From positions 6,572,001 to 6,636,000 of the forward strand of contig NC_073411.1 of NCBI RefSeq assembly GCF_028641065.1: 64,000 bases of DNA, in the 5' to 3' direction. The notes under the pieces were generated by a model, which worked only from the letters and a program-made list of their open reading frames with translations, was not told the DNA's origin and did not search any database. The translations under genes and the position numbers were made by a program. Origin of the DNA: Leucoraja erinacea (taxonomy: Eukaryota). Position 1 is the first letter of the stretch. Each line of letters begins with the position of its first letter. Positions 13,028-26,191 of this stretch are shown piece by piece.

Positions 13028-13344
13028 AGTTAAATTGCAGGTATCAATGCAAGTTAACTTAAAACGTGCTATATAAATAAAACTTACTTACTTACTAGTC
13101 ACAAGCCCTCAAAAAACTATTATAACCTTGTCCTGTTGGGAATGGTCCCTGCCATTTGGTACTGCCCTAAATGCACAAGCAAACCCTATGTAGGGAATGT
13201 ATGTTTGCCTCAATTCTGGAAGGCATCAAAAATGTAGGCTCAAAAAATATTAGTTTGAATTTCCTGCTTCCTGGCTATAATTATTGTTTATTGGAATATT
13301 TGTACTTTGTTAATTGGACAAACTGAAAGAACATGAATTTCACA

Positions 13345-14330
13345 TAAGAGCATAATTCCCCTCTTCCATTATAGATGGGGCTCTCACTAGGGTCTCCTTG
13401 ATATCCCCCAGCTCCGCACTTGCTCCCCGTCCCCCTATGCGTAACAAGGACCAAGTCCCCTTGTCCTCACCTTCCACCCCATCAGCTGTCACATACAGCA
13501 TATAATCCTCCAACATTTTCGTCACCTCCAACGGGACCCCACTTCTGGCCACATCTTCCCACCTCTTTCTGCTTTCTGCAGAGACCATTCCCTCCGCAAC
13601 TCCCTGGTCAACTCGTCCCTTCCCACCCAAACCAACCTCTTCCCAGGTACTTTCCCTTGCAATCGCAGGAGCTGCAACACCTGTCCCTTTACCTCCCCTC
13701 CATCCAAGGACCCCAACAGTCTTTCCAGGTGAGGCAGAGGTTCACTTGCACCTCCTCCAACCTCATCTGCTGTATCCACTGTTCCAGGTGTCAACTCCTG
13801 CACATTGGCGAGACCAAGCGCAGGCTCGCTGATTGTTTTTCGCTCAACGCCTCTGCTCAGTCCACCTTAACCTATCTGATCTCCCGATTGCTCCGCACTT
13901 TAACTCCCCCTCCCATTCCCAATCAAAGGCCAAAGGACATTTATTGTCACATACACCAATTGGTGCAGTGAAATTTGAGTTGCCATTTGAGTTTTTAATC
14001 TAACCTTTCTGTCCTGGTCCTCCTCCATTCTCAGTGAGGCCCAGCGCAAATTGGAGGAACAGCACCTCATATTTTGCTTGGGTAGCTCACTTCTCAGCGG
14101 TATGAACATTGACTTCTCTAACGTCAAATAGCCCTTGCTTTCCCTCTCTCTGTTCTTTCCCCTTCCCAGTTCTCCCACCAGTCTTCCTGTCTCTGACTAC
14201 ATTCTATCTCTGTCCCGCCCACTCCCCTGACATCAATCTGAAGAAATGTCTCGACCCGAAACGTCACCCATTCCTTCTCTCCAGAGATGTTGCCTGTCCC
14301 GCTGAGTTATTCCAGCATTTTGTGTCCACC
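13345..14330 (+). mobile_element. Penelope-like element (PLE), GIY-YIG endonuclease region plus 3' end with hammerhead-like core
   Basis: PCNRRSCNTCP followed by FQVRQRFTCTSSNLICCIHCSRCQLLHIGETKRRL (GIY-YIG-like); 3' ctgaagaa...cgaaacgtc at 14238-14265; Rex-type tail inserted at 13925-13996 (TSD aatc). Confidence 0.88.
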
Positions 14331-15564
14331 TCTGAAATAATGACTGGGTGAGCAAAATATCAAGAAACTCGGCATTCACATTGACATTTGGGAGAACCCA
14401 GCTCACAACCATTTAGCCTGGAGAAGCCAGGTCAAGGATTGGTGCAGTTATCGTGAAGAGCCATCAGAAACACTAAGTAGAGATTCAATGGTGAACCAGG
14501 AAGCAGGGTCTGCTGCTGCATCCGCTGGCGCAGTGGGGATGTAGCCACCATCTCCCAAGGCAAGCAACATTGACTAACAGATAGACTCATGCCACTTCAT
14601 TGATAGAATTAATATGCAGTGATTTAACGTGACAGTAGCAGCATTGATACTAAATGTTGGCTCGGGGACAAAAAGCAGTGGTGATGGTGAATAGAGGGAA
14701 TTATGTGATGGTTTTCCTTGGGGGTTTGAAACCACAACCTTGCATTTCAGTTGCGACTGCTATCATTGTGCCTTGGGTTACAAGGTTGGGCGATGTTACC
14801 CAGTCATGTATGTGAAGGGAATTTTGGAAAAAAGAGGAAGAGCAGTTGAACTAAAGGAAAATACTAACTGCACTTTGCACACTCTGTCAGAGGCTTCACT
14901 TCACAAACTTTAGCCTTGATTATTGACCAGTTCCAGGCTCAAACTGTACTGCACATTAGCTGGGGATCTATAGGATGGTTGGAATGATAAATAACACTGG
15001 TAAAATCTGCTTGGTTGATGCAGCACTTTATATATTTGCTGAGGGAAAATCAAATGGATATGATTAAAGCTATTCATCTTGACATTCTCTGGCTTTTAAC
15101 TGTGCACTTTTATCCCTGTAAGCTTTTAAAGTACTGAGGTACACTGTTAGAAGAAAGATTGGATGACTTGGGGGAAAAAAAAATTCTGGGTGAAGCATAC
15201 TCCATTTTATTGTGAGAGGTTTCATGGTACTTTAATTTTTCCATTATCTCAGTTGAACTTGAACCCTGATGGAAAAATTAACAAGAGATATTTTTCAAAA
15301 GTAACATGCTTTTTTAATGTAGTTTGGTTTTACCCATGAATTCTGGCCAAAATCCTGATGGGAACAGTAAAAGAATATATTTGCAACTAAAAATCTCTCA
15401 TCTAGTTGCAAAGTATCATTGAAGATGCTGCCAATTTACTGTAAGCCACATTTAATACGTTTGCTGGTATGATGGTGAATTTGGCAGGAAGCAGATTCAC
15501 TGCTATTGCTACTTGATGCTTGTCCTTGCATTCATGCATGTATTGACTTGGGAATAACTACATA

Positions 15565-16286
15565 CATCCGAGGACGTACACTCCATTGAGAATAAATGGG
15601 GATCCTGTCGATAGGGTGAACTGTTTTAAATATCTGGGAGTCCACATCTCTGAGGATATGACATGGGCATCACACGCCTCAGCACTCGTGAGTAAGGCAA
15701 GGCAGTTCCTTTACCACCTCAGGCAATTGAGGAAATTCAGAGTGTCTCCGAGGATCCTCCAGTGCTTCTACGCAGCGGCGATGGAAAGTATCTTGTCCGG
15801 GAACGTTACCATCTGGTTTGGGAATTGCTCTGCCAAGGACAAGAAGGCTCTGCAGAGAGTAGTGCGTTCGGCCGAACGCACTATGGGAACTTCACTTGCC
15901 CCCCTGCAGGAACTATACATCAGGAGGTGCAACGCCAGAGCCAACAATATCATGAGAGACCCCTTCCACCCCTGCAATGGACTGTTCCAGCTGCTACGGT
16001 CAGGCAAACGCCTCCGTTGCCATGCGGTGAGAATGGAGAGGTTGAGAAGGAGTTTCTTCCCAGAGGCCATTCGGACTGTAAACGCCTATCTCACCAGGGA
16101 CTAACTCTGCTGAACGTTTTATCTTCCATTATTTATTATGTAAAAGAATATGTGTGTTATGATTGTGTTTATAGTTTGTTTCGTTGTTTGTCTTTTGCAC
16201 AAAAGTCCGCGAGCATTGCCACTTTCATTTCACTGCACATCTCGTATGTGTATGTGACAAATAAACTTGACTTGACTTGACTTGAC
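15565..16286 (+). mobile_element. Rex1/Babar LINE 3' fragment (young)
   Basis: FKYLGVHISEDMTW...LYHLRQLRKF...SFFPEAIR; (cttga)n tail; near-identical to 55171-55687. Confidence 0.92.
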
Positions 16287-16431
16287 ATCTGTCAACATGC
16301 AAGGAAACTAGAGGAAATCTGAAGCAGGCCTAAAGAATATAAAGCCCTTGCATGAAGTGACAATTCTCTTTTGGTCACCTTGGATATTTTGCAGCTCAAG
16401 AAGTCGGGAATCTTGAGTTTAGCAATGATTC

Positions 16432-16679
16432 TAGTTTAATTTAGTTTAGAGATACAGTGCAGAAACAAACACTTCAGCCCATCGAGTTTGCGCCGACCGT
16501 AGATCCGCGTCCACTAACGCTATCCTACACACACGTGGGACAACTTACAATTTTACCAAGCCATTTAAGGAAACCGGAGCTCCTGAAAAATGTACAAACT
16601 CCATACAGACAGCACCCATAATCAGGATCGAACCTGGGTCTCTAGCGCTGTAAGGCAGCAACCCTTCCAATGCACCACC
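16432..16679 (-). mobile_element. tRNA-derived HE1/V-SINE
   Basis: Minus-strand B-box GGTTCGATCC, gttgctgccttacagcgc head, CR1-like tail and (ctaaa)n end. Confidence 0.85.
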
Positions 16680-17344
16680 TTCTTATCTTAGGTTTATTTT
16701 GTATATTTTGCTGTTTCTGGAATATAATATCTTCCATCAGGAGCCAATATCAGCAAAATAAACTCTTAAAATGACTACATTTTAATGGATATATATGAGA
16801 AAATTATATTTATTCATTTGAACCTTTTTTTGATAATCATTGATGCCTGTGTTTTGTTGGAGTGAAATTGCCATCCTTAAGGCAAAGAAATGTGGCATCA
16901 CGGGAAGCCTTGCCATGAAAATAATGTACTAGTGCTCCACGACACATGAATCATCTTCAGAATATTTCTGCAACCATATTAAACTGATACGAAATATCAA
17001 ATTGACAGATGTTTTTGATGTTCTCAGTGATATAATGACTTGGGAAAAGACTTTTCTTGGTTAAATATACTCCACTTTATTGTGAGGTGTTACTCGATTT
17101 AACCATTACCCAGTAAATATTTCCTGAGCTGTTTCTTTTCAACAGTAAAATACAATGCTAATTTATACAGGATTGGCAAAACATTATTTTACATCTCTAG
17201 ATGATGAATTGTATGGGCAGTAGCTCTCAATGAAATGTTTTCATGCCAAGGTCTTCAGTGTTGAACGCTGAGAAAGAGAAAAGGGGTTTGGATTATTGTT
17301 TTCAACAAAGACTTGCATGGTAAAATGATTTATCAGTGAAACAA

Positions 17345-17643
17345 AGAAACATAGGAAAAAGGTGCAGGAGTAGGCCATTCGGACAGTGCAGCCATTCAAT
17401 GTGATCATGGCTGATCATCCACAATCAGTACCCTGTTCCTGCCCTCTCCCCATATCCCTTGATTCCGCTCGCTCTAAGAGCTCTATCTAACTCTCTTTTG
17501 AATGCATCCTGTGAATCGGCCTCCACTGCCTTCTGAGGCAGGGAATTCTGCAAATTCACAACTCTCTGGGTGAAAACGTTTTTCCTCATCTCAGTTCTAA
17601 ATGCCCTACCCCTTATTCTTAAACTGTGGCCCCTGGTTCTGGA
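17345..17643 (-). mobile_element. CR1/HER1-like LINE 3' end
   Basis: Minus ORF TRGHSLRIRGR.FRTEMRK..FTQRVVNL.NSLP...GTGY*. Confidence 0.88.
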
Positions 17644-18528
17644 TATTGATCTCTGGCCAGGAGAAAAGGAGAGGCAGATGTCGGGTGTACGCAACTATAA
17701 TCAAATGAATCTTTGAGGAACATAAAGCATTTTAAATTCCCCTTGGTAAGAAATTGGGAGAGCAAAACAGGGACATGAGATACCTTTGGGAGATAAAGGT
17801 GAACTTCAAGAGATTCTTTAAGTCTATTAAGAGAAAATGTGTAACTAGGGATAGAATCGGTCCCCTATGTGTGGATGGCTGAGGTCTTAACTGAATCCTT
17901 AACTGCAAAAAAACTGCCATGCCTCCCTTACTTTCCAGAATGTCCTAGGATATAATTGGTCGAGCTCCAGGGGGTGTAGGCCTTTATGCGCCTCAAGATT
18001 ACCGATACTTCTCATAAAGGCGTACAGCACAGAAACAGACCCTTCAGCCCAACTTTCCCACATTGACCAAGATGCACCATCATTGCTAGCCCAATGTTGG
18101 GGATGCCCAGTGCTACTATCTTCAGTCTATGCACCATTGCAATGCCCTCCTCTAATAGATGCGCTGAAAGTGGTACGAGGTGTATCCAGGGATGGAGCAA
18201 TAGGCACATATTCTGTAAATATGCTTTCCATAAGATGCTTATTGCTTTATTAGTAATCTATGTTCGATTTAGGCTCATGGTTGAGCCAGAGAAATGTGAG
18301 TTTTCTTCCATTGTTGTTCTCTATATCAAGAATGGTTAATGCCATCAAAGGATAACTAATGAAGCCTTTACTCCAGAAAGCTGATACATTTTGAATGAAT
18401 GCAATGCTAAATTCGGGGGAAAGTCTAAATGTATATAGGATATGTAATATTAGAAGCTGTATTCTTAATATGAAGTTCTAATTTATTTTTTTGCTATATC
18501 ACTGTTCCTCTTTATTTCACCCTGACAG

Positions 18529-18574
18529 GGTAGAGAACTCCAGCTTGGAGAAGTTAGAGGCACAGTTCTCACAG
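18529..18574 (+). CDS. PEBP4: PEBP4-like internal coding exon (46 nt, phase 0 to 1)
   Basis: Polypyrimidine tract + ctgacag acceptor, gtaagc donor; encodes GRELQLGEVRGTVLT and joins in frame (G|CG = Ala) to 33197; resembles recalled human PEBP4 GADLKKGKIQGQELSAY. Confidence 0.85.
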
Positions 18575-19249
18575 GTAAGCAATGTTTGATCACCATCCCC
18601 TTAATGTGCCACCCACGTCACAGACAATAACCCCTCCACAGCCACCTATAGCTAAGAAATACTGGGCTGGCACAATACTCCTCCACTCCTGTGACACAAG
18701 GATTGCTCAGTGATTTAGCCAGAAGTGGAGGTGTGCTTAATAATTCTCACAGAATAAGGAAAATAACTAAGGCTGTTTATGATAATCTTAAAGGTATATT
18801 CTCCCACTGTTAGCTCTACCTCCCTCACCAGTTTCTAACTACCACCCCGAGCAGATGAATAGAAAAGTAAAACACAAAGACTTCAGTGACTCATGAGTGT
18901 AACTGGAAAGGTGAAATTAAGGACATTGACATACCTTTTTCCAATGCAACAAAAATCCCACAGCACTCTGCTTATTTGTATTCGGGAACCAGCAATTTGA
19001 AGGTGACAAAGCACCCCAAGCCACTGAACAGAAACATTAACAGCCAAACCTTCTCTCCAGCCCACTAATTGAGAGTGTGTTGGTCAAAAGCAAAAACAAA
19101 GTGCTGGAGGAACCGAGTAGGTCAGACAACATTTGTCTGCGGAATGGACAGATGATGTTTCAGGTTGGGAACCAACTGGTCAAAAATAAGATTTAATCAG
19201 GAGAAAACTGAGCTAAAAGGCTGGGAGATTTGGGAACATAGTTGCTTAG

Positions 19250-19985
19250 AGTTATAGATTGTGTAAAGAGGCCCTTCGGCTTAACTTGCCCATATCGACC
19301 GATATGCCCCATCTACACTAGTCCCACCTGCCGCTGCTTGGCCCAAATCCCTTCAAACCTATCCTGTCAATAGACAATAAACAATAGACAATAGGTGCAG
19401 GAGTAGGCCATCTGGCCCTTCGAGCCAGCACAGTCATTCAGCGTGATCATGGCTGATCATCCCCAATCAGTACCCCATTCTTGCCTTCTCCCCATTTCCC
19501 CTGACTCCGCTATCTTTAAGAACCCTATCGAGCTCTCTCTTGAAAGCATCCAGAGAACCGGCCTCCACCGCCCTCTGAGGCAGAGTCACAATTCTCTGTG
19601 AGAAAAAGTGTTTCCTCGTCTCCGTTCTAAATGGCTTACCCCTTATTCTTAAACTGTGGCCCCTGGTTCTGGCCTCCCCCAACATCGGGAACATGTTTCC
19701 TGCCTCTAGCGTGTCCAAACCATTAACAATCTTTTATGTTTCAATAAGATCCCCTCTCATCCTTCTAAACTCCAGTGTGTATAAGCCCAGCCGCCCCATT
19801 CCCTCAGCATATGACAGCCCCGCCATCCTGGGAATTAACCTACGCTGCACTCCCTCAATAGCAAGAATGTCCTTCCTCAAATGAGGGGACCAAAACTGCA
19901 CACAATACTACAGGTGTGGTCTCACTAGGTCTCTGTACAACTGCAGAAGGGCCTCTTTGCTCCTATACTCGACTCTTGTTATGGA
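19250..19985 (-). mobile_element. Two stacked CR1 3' fragments
   Basis: Older tail at 19250-19367 interrupted by younger copy with (caataga)n tail; minus ORF TRGHSLRIRGKPFRTE. Confidence 0.85.
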
Positions 19986-20129
19986 CCAGTTAGTCTAACA
20001 TCAGTAGTGGGGAAAATGCTAGATGGGGGGGGGGAGGGAAACGAGAGATATAGACGCTGATGTAGAGAGATGATTCAACGACTTCTTCCTGAGAGTCTTC
20101 CAAACATGTAAACCAGTCTTCAGCCAACC

Positions 20130-20720
20130 CCAAGTGATAGCAATAAAACGTGTGGCAGCACTCAATATGGCAAAGGCTATGGGACTAAATGGTATCCCAG
20201 CCCAGTAATGAATATGTGAGCTCCAGTATTGGCCATGCCTCTTCACAGCCTGGACCCACATATGGATGATAGAACTAAATTGCAGTCCGGAGGTGAGGCT
20301 GGCTGCTGTCGACCTGAAAAGCAGCTTTTGATTGAGTGTGGCATTGGACAACACCAATAAAACTAAAGTCAGTGTGTATCAAGGGGAAAGCACTTTAGTG
20401 GTTGGAGTCATACCTCGTATAAGAAGGAAGGTTGTGCCCATTGGAGGTCAATCATCCCAGGCCTTTAGTGTGAGTTCCTCAGGACACTGATCTTGACACA
20501 TCCATCTTCAGCTGCTTCATTAACAATTTCATAAAGGGTGCGAGCGTTCGCTGATGATTGAACACTGCTCAATGTCATCGTCCTTCCTCCGTAACTAGAG
20601 CAACTATATTCGGCAAAACCTATACAGAGCAGATTATGTGGAAAATAACATTTGCGCCACAAATATGTCTGGCAATGAGCAAGGCAGAGCCTGATAAATT
20701 CAATGCCGTTAGTTGCTGGA
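20130..20720 (+). mobile_element. Old CR1/L2-group LINE RT fragment
   Basis: Decayed AAFD.VWH, WLESYL, VPQ...L..SIFSCFIN and gttcgctgatgat (FADD) motifs. Confidence 0.7.
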
Positions 20721-21194
20721 CCCCCCACCATAAGCATCTGAATATGTAACAGGATAATATTAATCAAAGGCCAGTGTCACCTGGTTTACACAAAGATCAT
20801 GTTTTGAACACTCTGTGTTGTCTGACGTGCATTCACAAATGACAAGACAGATTTGAGTCTAACTCGGTATTATTCATGCAATGTAATGGAGTAATCATCA
20901 CTGCAGTGTGAGTATCTGTTCCCTCCCATTGGAAATGGATACAAACTCACCACAAGATGCCACAGGGTGTGTTTGGCGAATTACTATGACCTGATTTAAT
21001 TGAAACATAAATATATATTTTAATTGATGCTAACATCTTGCAATTACATCAAACCTGCACAAATTGTTTGTGTACCAGTACCCTTAATGGCCATAGGCAA
21101 GCGCTGTAATGATCATATTTACAGTTATCACACTTCTGTTAATGATGCTGACAGCAAGCTTTGTATAAAGGCAAATACTAATTATGTTAAATTA

Positions 21195-21360
21195 GGAGCA
21201 ACAAACAATCCGCAGGAGGAACTTAGCAAGTTGAGCAGCATCTGCGGGCCCAAAACGTCGACCAACCCTTTCCCTCCACAGATGCTGCTCAACCTGCTGA
21301 GTTTCTCCAGCAGATGGCTTGTTGCTCCCGATTCCAGCATCTGCAGTCTCTTGTGTCTCC
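21195..21360. mobile_element. Older Penelope-derived fold-back element
   Basis: ggagcaacaaac...gttgagcagcatctg / cagatgctgctcaac...ttgttgctcc arms; near-TSD atgttaaa(t/a)tag at 21184 and 21361. Confidence 0.7.
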
Positions 21361-22349
21361 ATGTTAAAATAGCCACATTTGATTTAAGCAAAACATGGAC
21401 GAATAATGGAAAATAAATCATATTATAATCTGTTGGAATTAATTTGTATAAAATTCTTTCGATTGCAATTTTTAAAAATAATTAACCCACTTATTGGAGC
21501 AAAAATATAAGAATTTAAACATCCGTACCAACATATTCATAAGTTGAATACAATCTCAGGCAAAATGTAAGTATAATGCACTTCTAGCTATTATTTCTCT
21601 TCCAAAGCTCCTCCCTATCTTCAACTCATCCCCTCATGATCTACATGTACTGACTGTACTGACTGTGGTTACTTGCCATCTTCAAGTTTCATTCCAGCTC
21701 CAGCTGCCACAAAAAGCAATCAGTGTAGGGATCTGAAAATTCATCCCCTTGACCCAACCCCTCCACAACTTCATTCCACCCCAACATCAAGTCAGTTGCA
21801 AACCAGTTTCCTATCCCTTCCAATAGAACAGTGCCTTCTATAGCAAAACATCTTGCAAAATACTGCAGTTCTGTATCTGACTGTATCTTATTAAAACACA
21901 AATCTCTGTGTATTTTTCTGTTCATCCATATCTACTTCCATTATCGCATGTACCAAGTTTTACCTGCTCCAAATTTCTATATTTACATTTATAATGAGAT
22001 TGCATTGTGCTCACTTGCCTCAACACCAGAAATTAACTAATGTAATGCATTTTATCATGCACAACACAGCCTATCTTGTCTTGTAGTCTATGGCAACTTG
22101 AATTGTGCTGTTCACAATGTAACTCCAGCAGCGAGCTGTTACTGGTAACATTTCCAAATAGTAAGACTGACACAGATTGTAACCCACTTAAACATATGGA
22201 GCGATGTTTATTTTTCAAAGTGGTATTCGCAAAAGTAGATTTCATTTTTAAACCATATTGAGAGATTTCCATTCTTATAGAGAGAACATGTCTGTGATGA
22301 GGCTATCAGTGTTTGGGGGGAAGCTAGTTTATATTTGTTTCACAAGCGT

Positions 22350-22600
22350 AGAGTCATACAGTGTGGAAACAGTCCCTTCAGCCCAACTTGCTCACACAGA
22401 GCAACCTGTCCTATCTATGCTAGTGCCAATTGCCTGCATTTGGCACATACCCCCAAATCTGCCCTATCCATGTACCTGTCTAATTCTTTCTTAAACGTTG
22501 TGATAGTCCCTGCCTCAACTACCTCCACCAGCAGGTCGTTCCATACACCCACCCCCCTTTGTGTGACAAAGTTACCCCTCAGATTCCTATAAAATCTTTC
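22350..22600 (-). mobile_element. CR1 LINE 3' end
   Basis: Minus ORF RGNFVTQR.VGVWN.L..EVVEAGTITTFKKELD. Confidence 0.8.
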
Positions 22601-22830
22601 CAGCATCGCCTTAAGCATCTCTGATGAGCTAACAGCACAATGCAGCTTTGCTTTTCATGTTTCTCATCTTAATTCCAATTTATGCCTCAATCGTTCTGAA
22701 CTTTTACAACCTCATGTACTGTTAACCACAATGTAACATAGGAACTAAATATTGCATTTATAAATACTCCTTTAACTTGGCAAGATTCCTGCTCATCTAT
22801 CATTCCATAACAAATCCTCTACTTTCATTG

Positions 22831-23017
22831 TGCAGGAAAGAACTGCAGATGCTGGATTTTAGACACAAAATGCTGGAGCAACTCAGAGGGTCAGGCAGCA
22901 TCTCTGGAGAGAAGGAATGCGAGACGTTTCGGATCAAGACCCTTCAGTTTGAAGAAGGGTCTCGACCTGAAATGTCACCCATTCTTGCTCTCCAGAGATG
23001 CTGCCTGACTCGCTCTA
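22831..23017. mobile_element. Penelope-derived fold-back element retaining hammerhead-like centre
   Basis: Inverted arms around gacgtttcggatcaagacccttcag|tttgaagaagggtctcgacctgaaatgtc; 11-bp TSD tactttcattg (22820-22830, 23018-23028). Confidence 0.8.
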
Positions 23018-23793
23018 TACTTTCATTGCATTGATTTCAAAACCCTTGTCTTTGTTTTCCGACGTCTCAACAGCCTTCCTTTCTTTTCAGATCCCTAAAC
23101 TGATTGAGTACAGGCATTTGCACTGACAATTGTGATGCTTTATTATTCACAAAAACTGAACACAATTCATACTCGATTTTATTTCAAGTTGAGCTATTGC
23201 AAAATTAGGCCACTGTGAAATAAGTTGCAGTTTTGTCGATGATTGTTTTGATGTTACGAAGTGGCTGATTATGTATCCATTTTCAAAGGAGCTGCTGATG
23301 TTTGCTTCTGCATCATGTCGGTAAAGAACAAAAGCAAAAGCATGTGTACGCGTGAATTCAGTATGTAAAAGTCTTATAGTATCAGACACAATCTGACAAC
23401 AAGTGTCAGCTGTGAGCAGGAAAGAATTGAGAATGTGGAAAGTAAGTCAGTGAACTAGCATTTGATGGATTAACGAAAATACAAAATACGTATATTGATA
23501 TGTTGGAGAGTTTATTAGCCTCATTATTTTAGATTATTTTCAAGACAATTTACACAAAAATCTATTTCAACATTGTCATGTTCCCAGAAGCAGCAGGTTG
23601 CATTGTGTGCATCTGTAGATAAAAATCCTCTGATCATTAATTTGGTCATAGCTCTTGCAGTGTAATGGAAGAAACAAAAGCAGACTGTTGGACAATAAAT
23701 AAATATAAAAAAATACTGACCCTGAAATGGTGTATTTTACACAACAGTCCATGATACTATTTACAATCCACCTATCTCCGTCCATGCATTTTC

Positions 23794-24153
23794 ATAGAAA
23801 CATAGAAAATAGAAAATAGGTGCAGGAGTAGGCCATTCGGCCCTTCGAGCCTGCACCGCCATTCAATATGATCATGGCTGATCATCCAACTCAGTATCCT
23901 GTACCTGCCTTCTCTCCATACCCCCTGATACCTTTAGCCACAAGAGCCACATCTAACTCCCTCTTAAATATAGCCAATGAACTGGCCTCAACTACCTTCT
24001 GTGGCAGAGAATTCCAGAGATTCACCACTCTGTGTGAAAAATGTTTTTCTCATCTCGGTCCTAAAATATTTCCCCCTTATCCTTAAACTGTGACCCCTTG
24101 TTCTGGACTTCGAGAACAATCGGGAACAATCTTCCTGCATCTAGCCTGTCCAA
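23794..24153 (-). mobile_element. Young CR1/HER1-like 3' fragment
   Basis: Near-identical to 7648-8010. Confidence 0.9.
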
Positions 24154-24180
24154 CTTCTTCATTGAGCTTCAACAGAAGCT

Positions 24181-24478
24181 TAGAAACATAGAAACATAGA
24201 AATTAGGTGCAGGAGTAGGCCATTCGGCCCTTCGAGCCTGCACCGCCATTTAATATGATCATGGCTGATCATCCAACTCAGTATCCCGTACCTGCCTTCT
24301 CTCTATACCCTCTGATCCCCTTGGCCACAAGGGCCACATCTAACTCCCTCTTAAATATAGCCAATGAACTGGCCTCAACTACCCTCTGTGGCAGAGAGTT
24401 CCAGAGATTCACCACTCTCTGTGTGAAAAAAGTTCTTCTCATCTCGGTTCTAAAGGATTTCCCCCTTATCCTTAAGCT
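24181..24478 (-). mobile_element. Young CR1/HER1-like 3' fragment, tandem to previous
   Basis: Near-identical to 7650-7945; (tagaaaca)n tail. Confidence 0.9.
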
Positions 24479-25141
24479 TCTTGTACACTACTTACTAATT
24501 TTTATTGTTTCAGCTCAAATGGATTCCACCAGTGCGTGTGGATTTTAAAGGTATTTTTTAAGATGCTGGCAGCTAGAGATGAACAAAGATATCAACAGGC
24601 TTACGGACTGTGGAAAGATATAGTGTTACCGCTAAGATCCAGATTAGTTCCTGGCATTTCACACGGACCACTAAATTTCTTTGCTCCATTCAACAGCACT
24701 CAGACCACAAGATACCCCAACACAAAACTACATCATAACGAGACTTGCTAACGAGGCTTCGTCATTGCCAAGAAGCTTGCATTTCACTCTTTAGGAATTA
24801 AGGGGAGAAATCAGCAGTTCATCATTTCCCTGTAAATGAGTTAACTGAGCAGAAAACTGCCATGGTTTTGTTGATGTTATTAGCTTCTCTAAACTATTGG
24901 CTGGGAACAAATTCTCATTTAATGAGATGAGAAATGGTTTAATCATGACAGCAGTATTGCACACCTACCTGGCCCAGTAAGGAAGAAACAAGAACAGCAG
25001 CAAGATTAAAAATAGGTAATGAGGGAAAGCTGAAGAGAAAAAGACATTTCAGAAATATGGAGAGAAAGCTGTTTACTCACCAAACATGTATAAATCTTCA
25101 GATAGTACGAAAATAAATCTGTCCTGCAGAAATGTTTTAAA

Positions 25142-25275
25142 TGTGTAGAAAGGAACTCCAGATGTTAGTATACCAAAGATAGACAAAAAGTGCTGGAGTA
25201 ACACGCCGGGCCAGGCAGCATCTCTGGAGAAAATGGATGGGTGATGTTTTCGGGTTGACATCCTTCTTCAGACTG
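25142..25275 (-). mobile_element. Penelope-like 3' end (single arm)
   Basis: aaggaactccagatg...gtgctggagtaac...ccttcttcagact. Confidence 0.7.
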
Positions 25276-25639
25276 GTTATAGAAAAGGTCTAAACAGGGT
25301 ACATAGAAGGCCATCTGGGGAGTTCAAGAGCAGGAAGACATTTGGAGATGGGAGAATGGGTTATCACAGGGTGGTGAGGACTCCTCATAGAAAAGGCATG
25401 GAGATTAATTTTACTGTTTCAAATGTTGGCTTGTAAATGAATTTACATTGAAACGTGCACAAAACCAATAATTCATGTTTAACCCTTGCCATTTCACACT
25501 GATATCATTTTCTATTCAATCTGCACATATTTTGAGTGCACAACACCTAGTTTCATAGTTTAATCACCATTCATTCATGAACTGCTCACCTGCCTACACA
25601 TTCAGATGCTAAATGATCAGCTGTGCATTAATTCTATCT

Positions 25640-25845
25640 TACACGGTAGGGACAGTTTATAGAAACCAATTAACCTACAAACCTGCACGTCCCTGAAATG
25701 TGGACGGAAACCGGAGCACCTGGAGAAAACCACATGGTCACAGGTAGAACGTACAAACTCCGTACAGACAGCGCCCCGTGGCCAGGATCGAACCTGGGTC
25801 TCTGGCACTGTTAGGCAGCAACACTCCTGCTTCACCACTGTACCA
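25640..25845 (-). mobile_element. HE1/V-SINE (head + V domain)
   Basis: ggatcgaacc (B-box on minus strand) and ccggagcacctggagaaaaccac V-domain. Confidence 0.85.
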
Positions 25846-25876
25846 TCCATGATGCTTTTCTGACTGAAGCTGAAGG

Positions 25877-26191
25877 CAAGAGCGAAACTCACTATCAAAA
25901 CATGGAGGGGACGGGGGACACAATTTTTTGGCGGCCGCACGCGCATGCGCACACTCACACACGCGTGCGAGGCTTCGGAGGCTCAATCCAGTGGTAAATG
26001 CAGCTCAACTCTGCCTGTCTCACCGGGTTAACTAACAGCCCTGTCTGGACTGACGGGATACCAGCGCTGCTTCTCCGCGCTAGCCACATTTCCCACAAGC
26101 CCAGGCAGGTTAACCTGGCGGGGATGTCGCCCACCTCTAAAAACATGGGGGGGACGTGTCCCCTCTGGCCCCCCTGGGTTTTCCGCCCCTG
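25877..26191. mobile_element. hAT-like non-autonomous DNA transposon (MITE)
   Basis: Ends caagagcgaaa / ttttccgcccctg (degenerate CAGGGGCGGAAA terminal inverted repeat, TIR); 8-bp TSD gctgaagg/gctaaagg; subterminal aaaacatgg.ggggacg repeats. Confidence 0.65.

Noticed and set aside
18529-24550. Alternative frame VENSSLEKLEAQFSQ joined to LKWIPPVRVDFK
   Set aside because: The phase-compatible join gives no recognisable protein, whereas the other frame fits PEBP4 and joins 33197.
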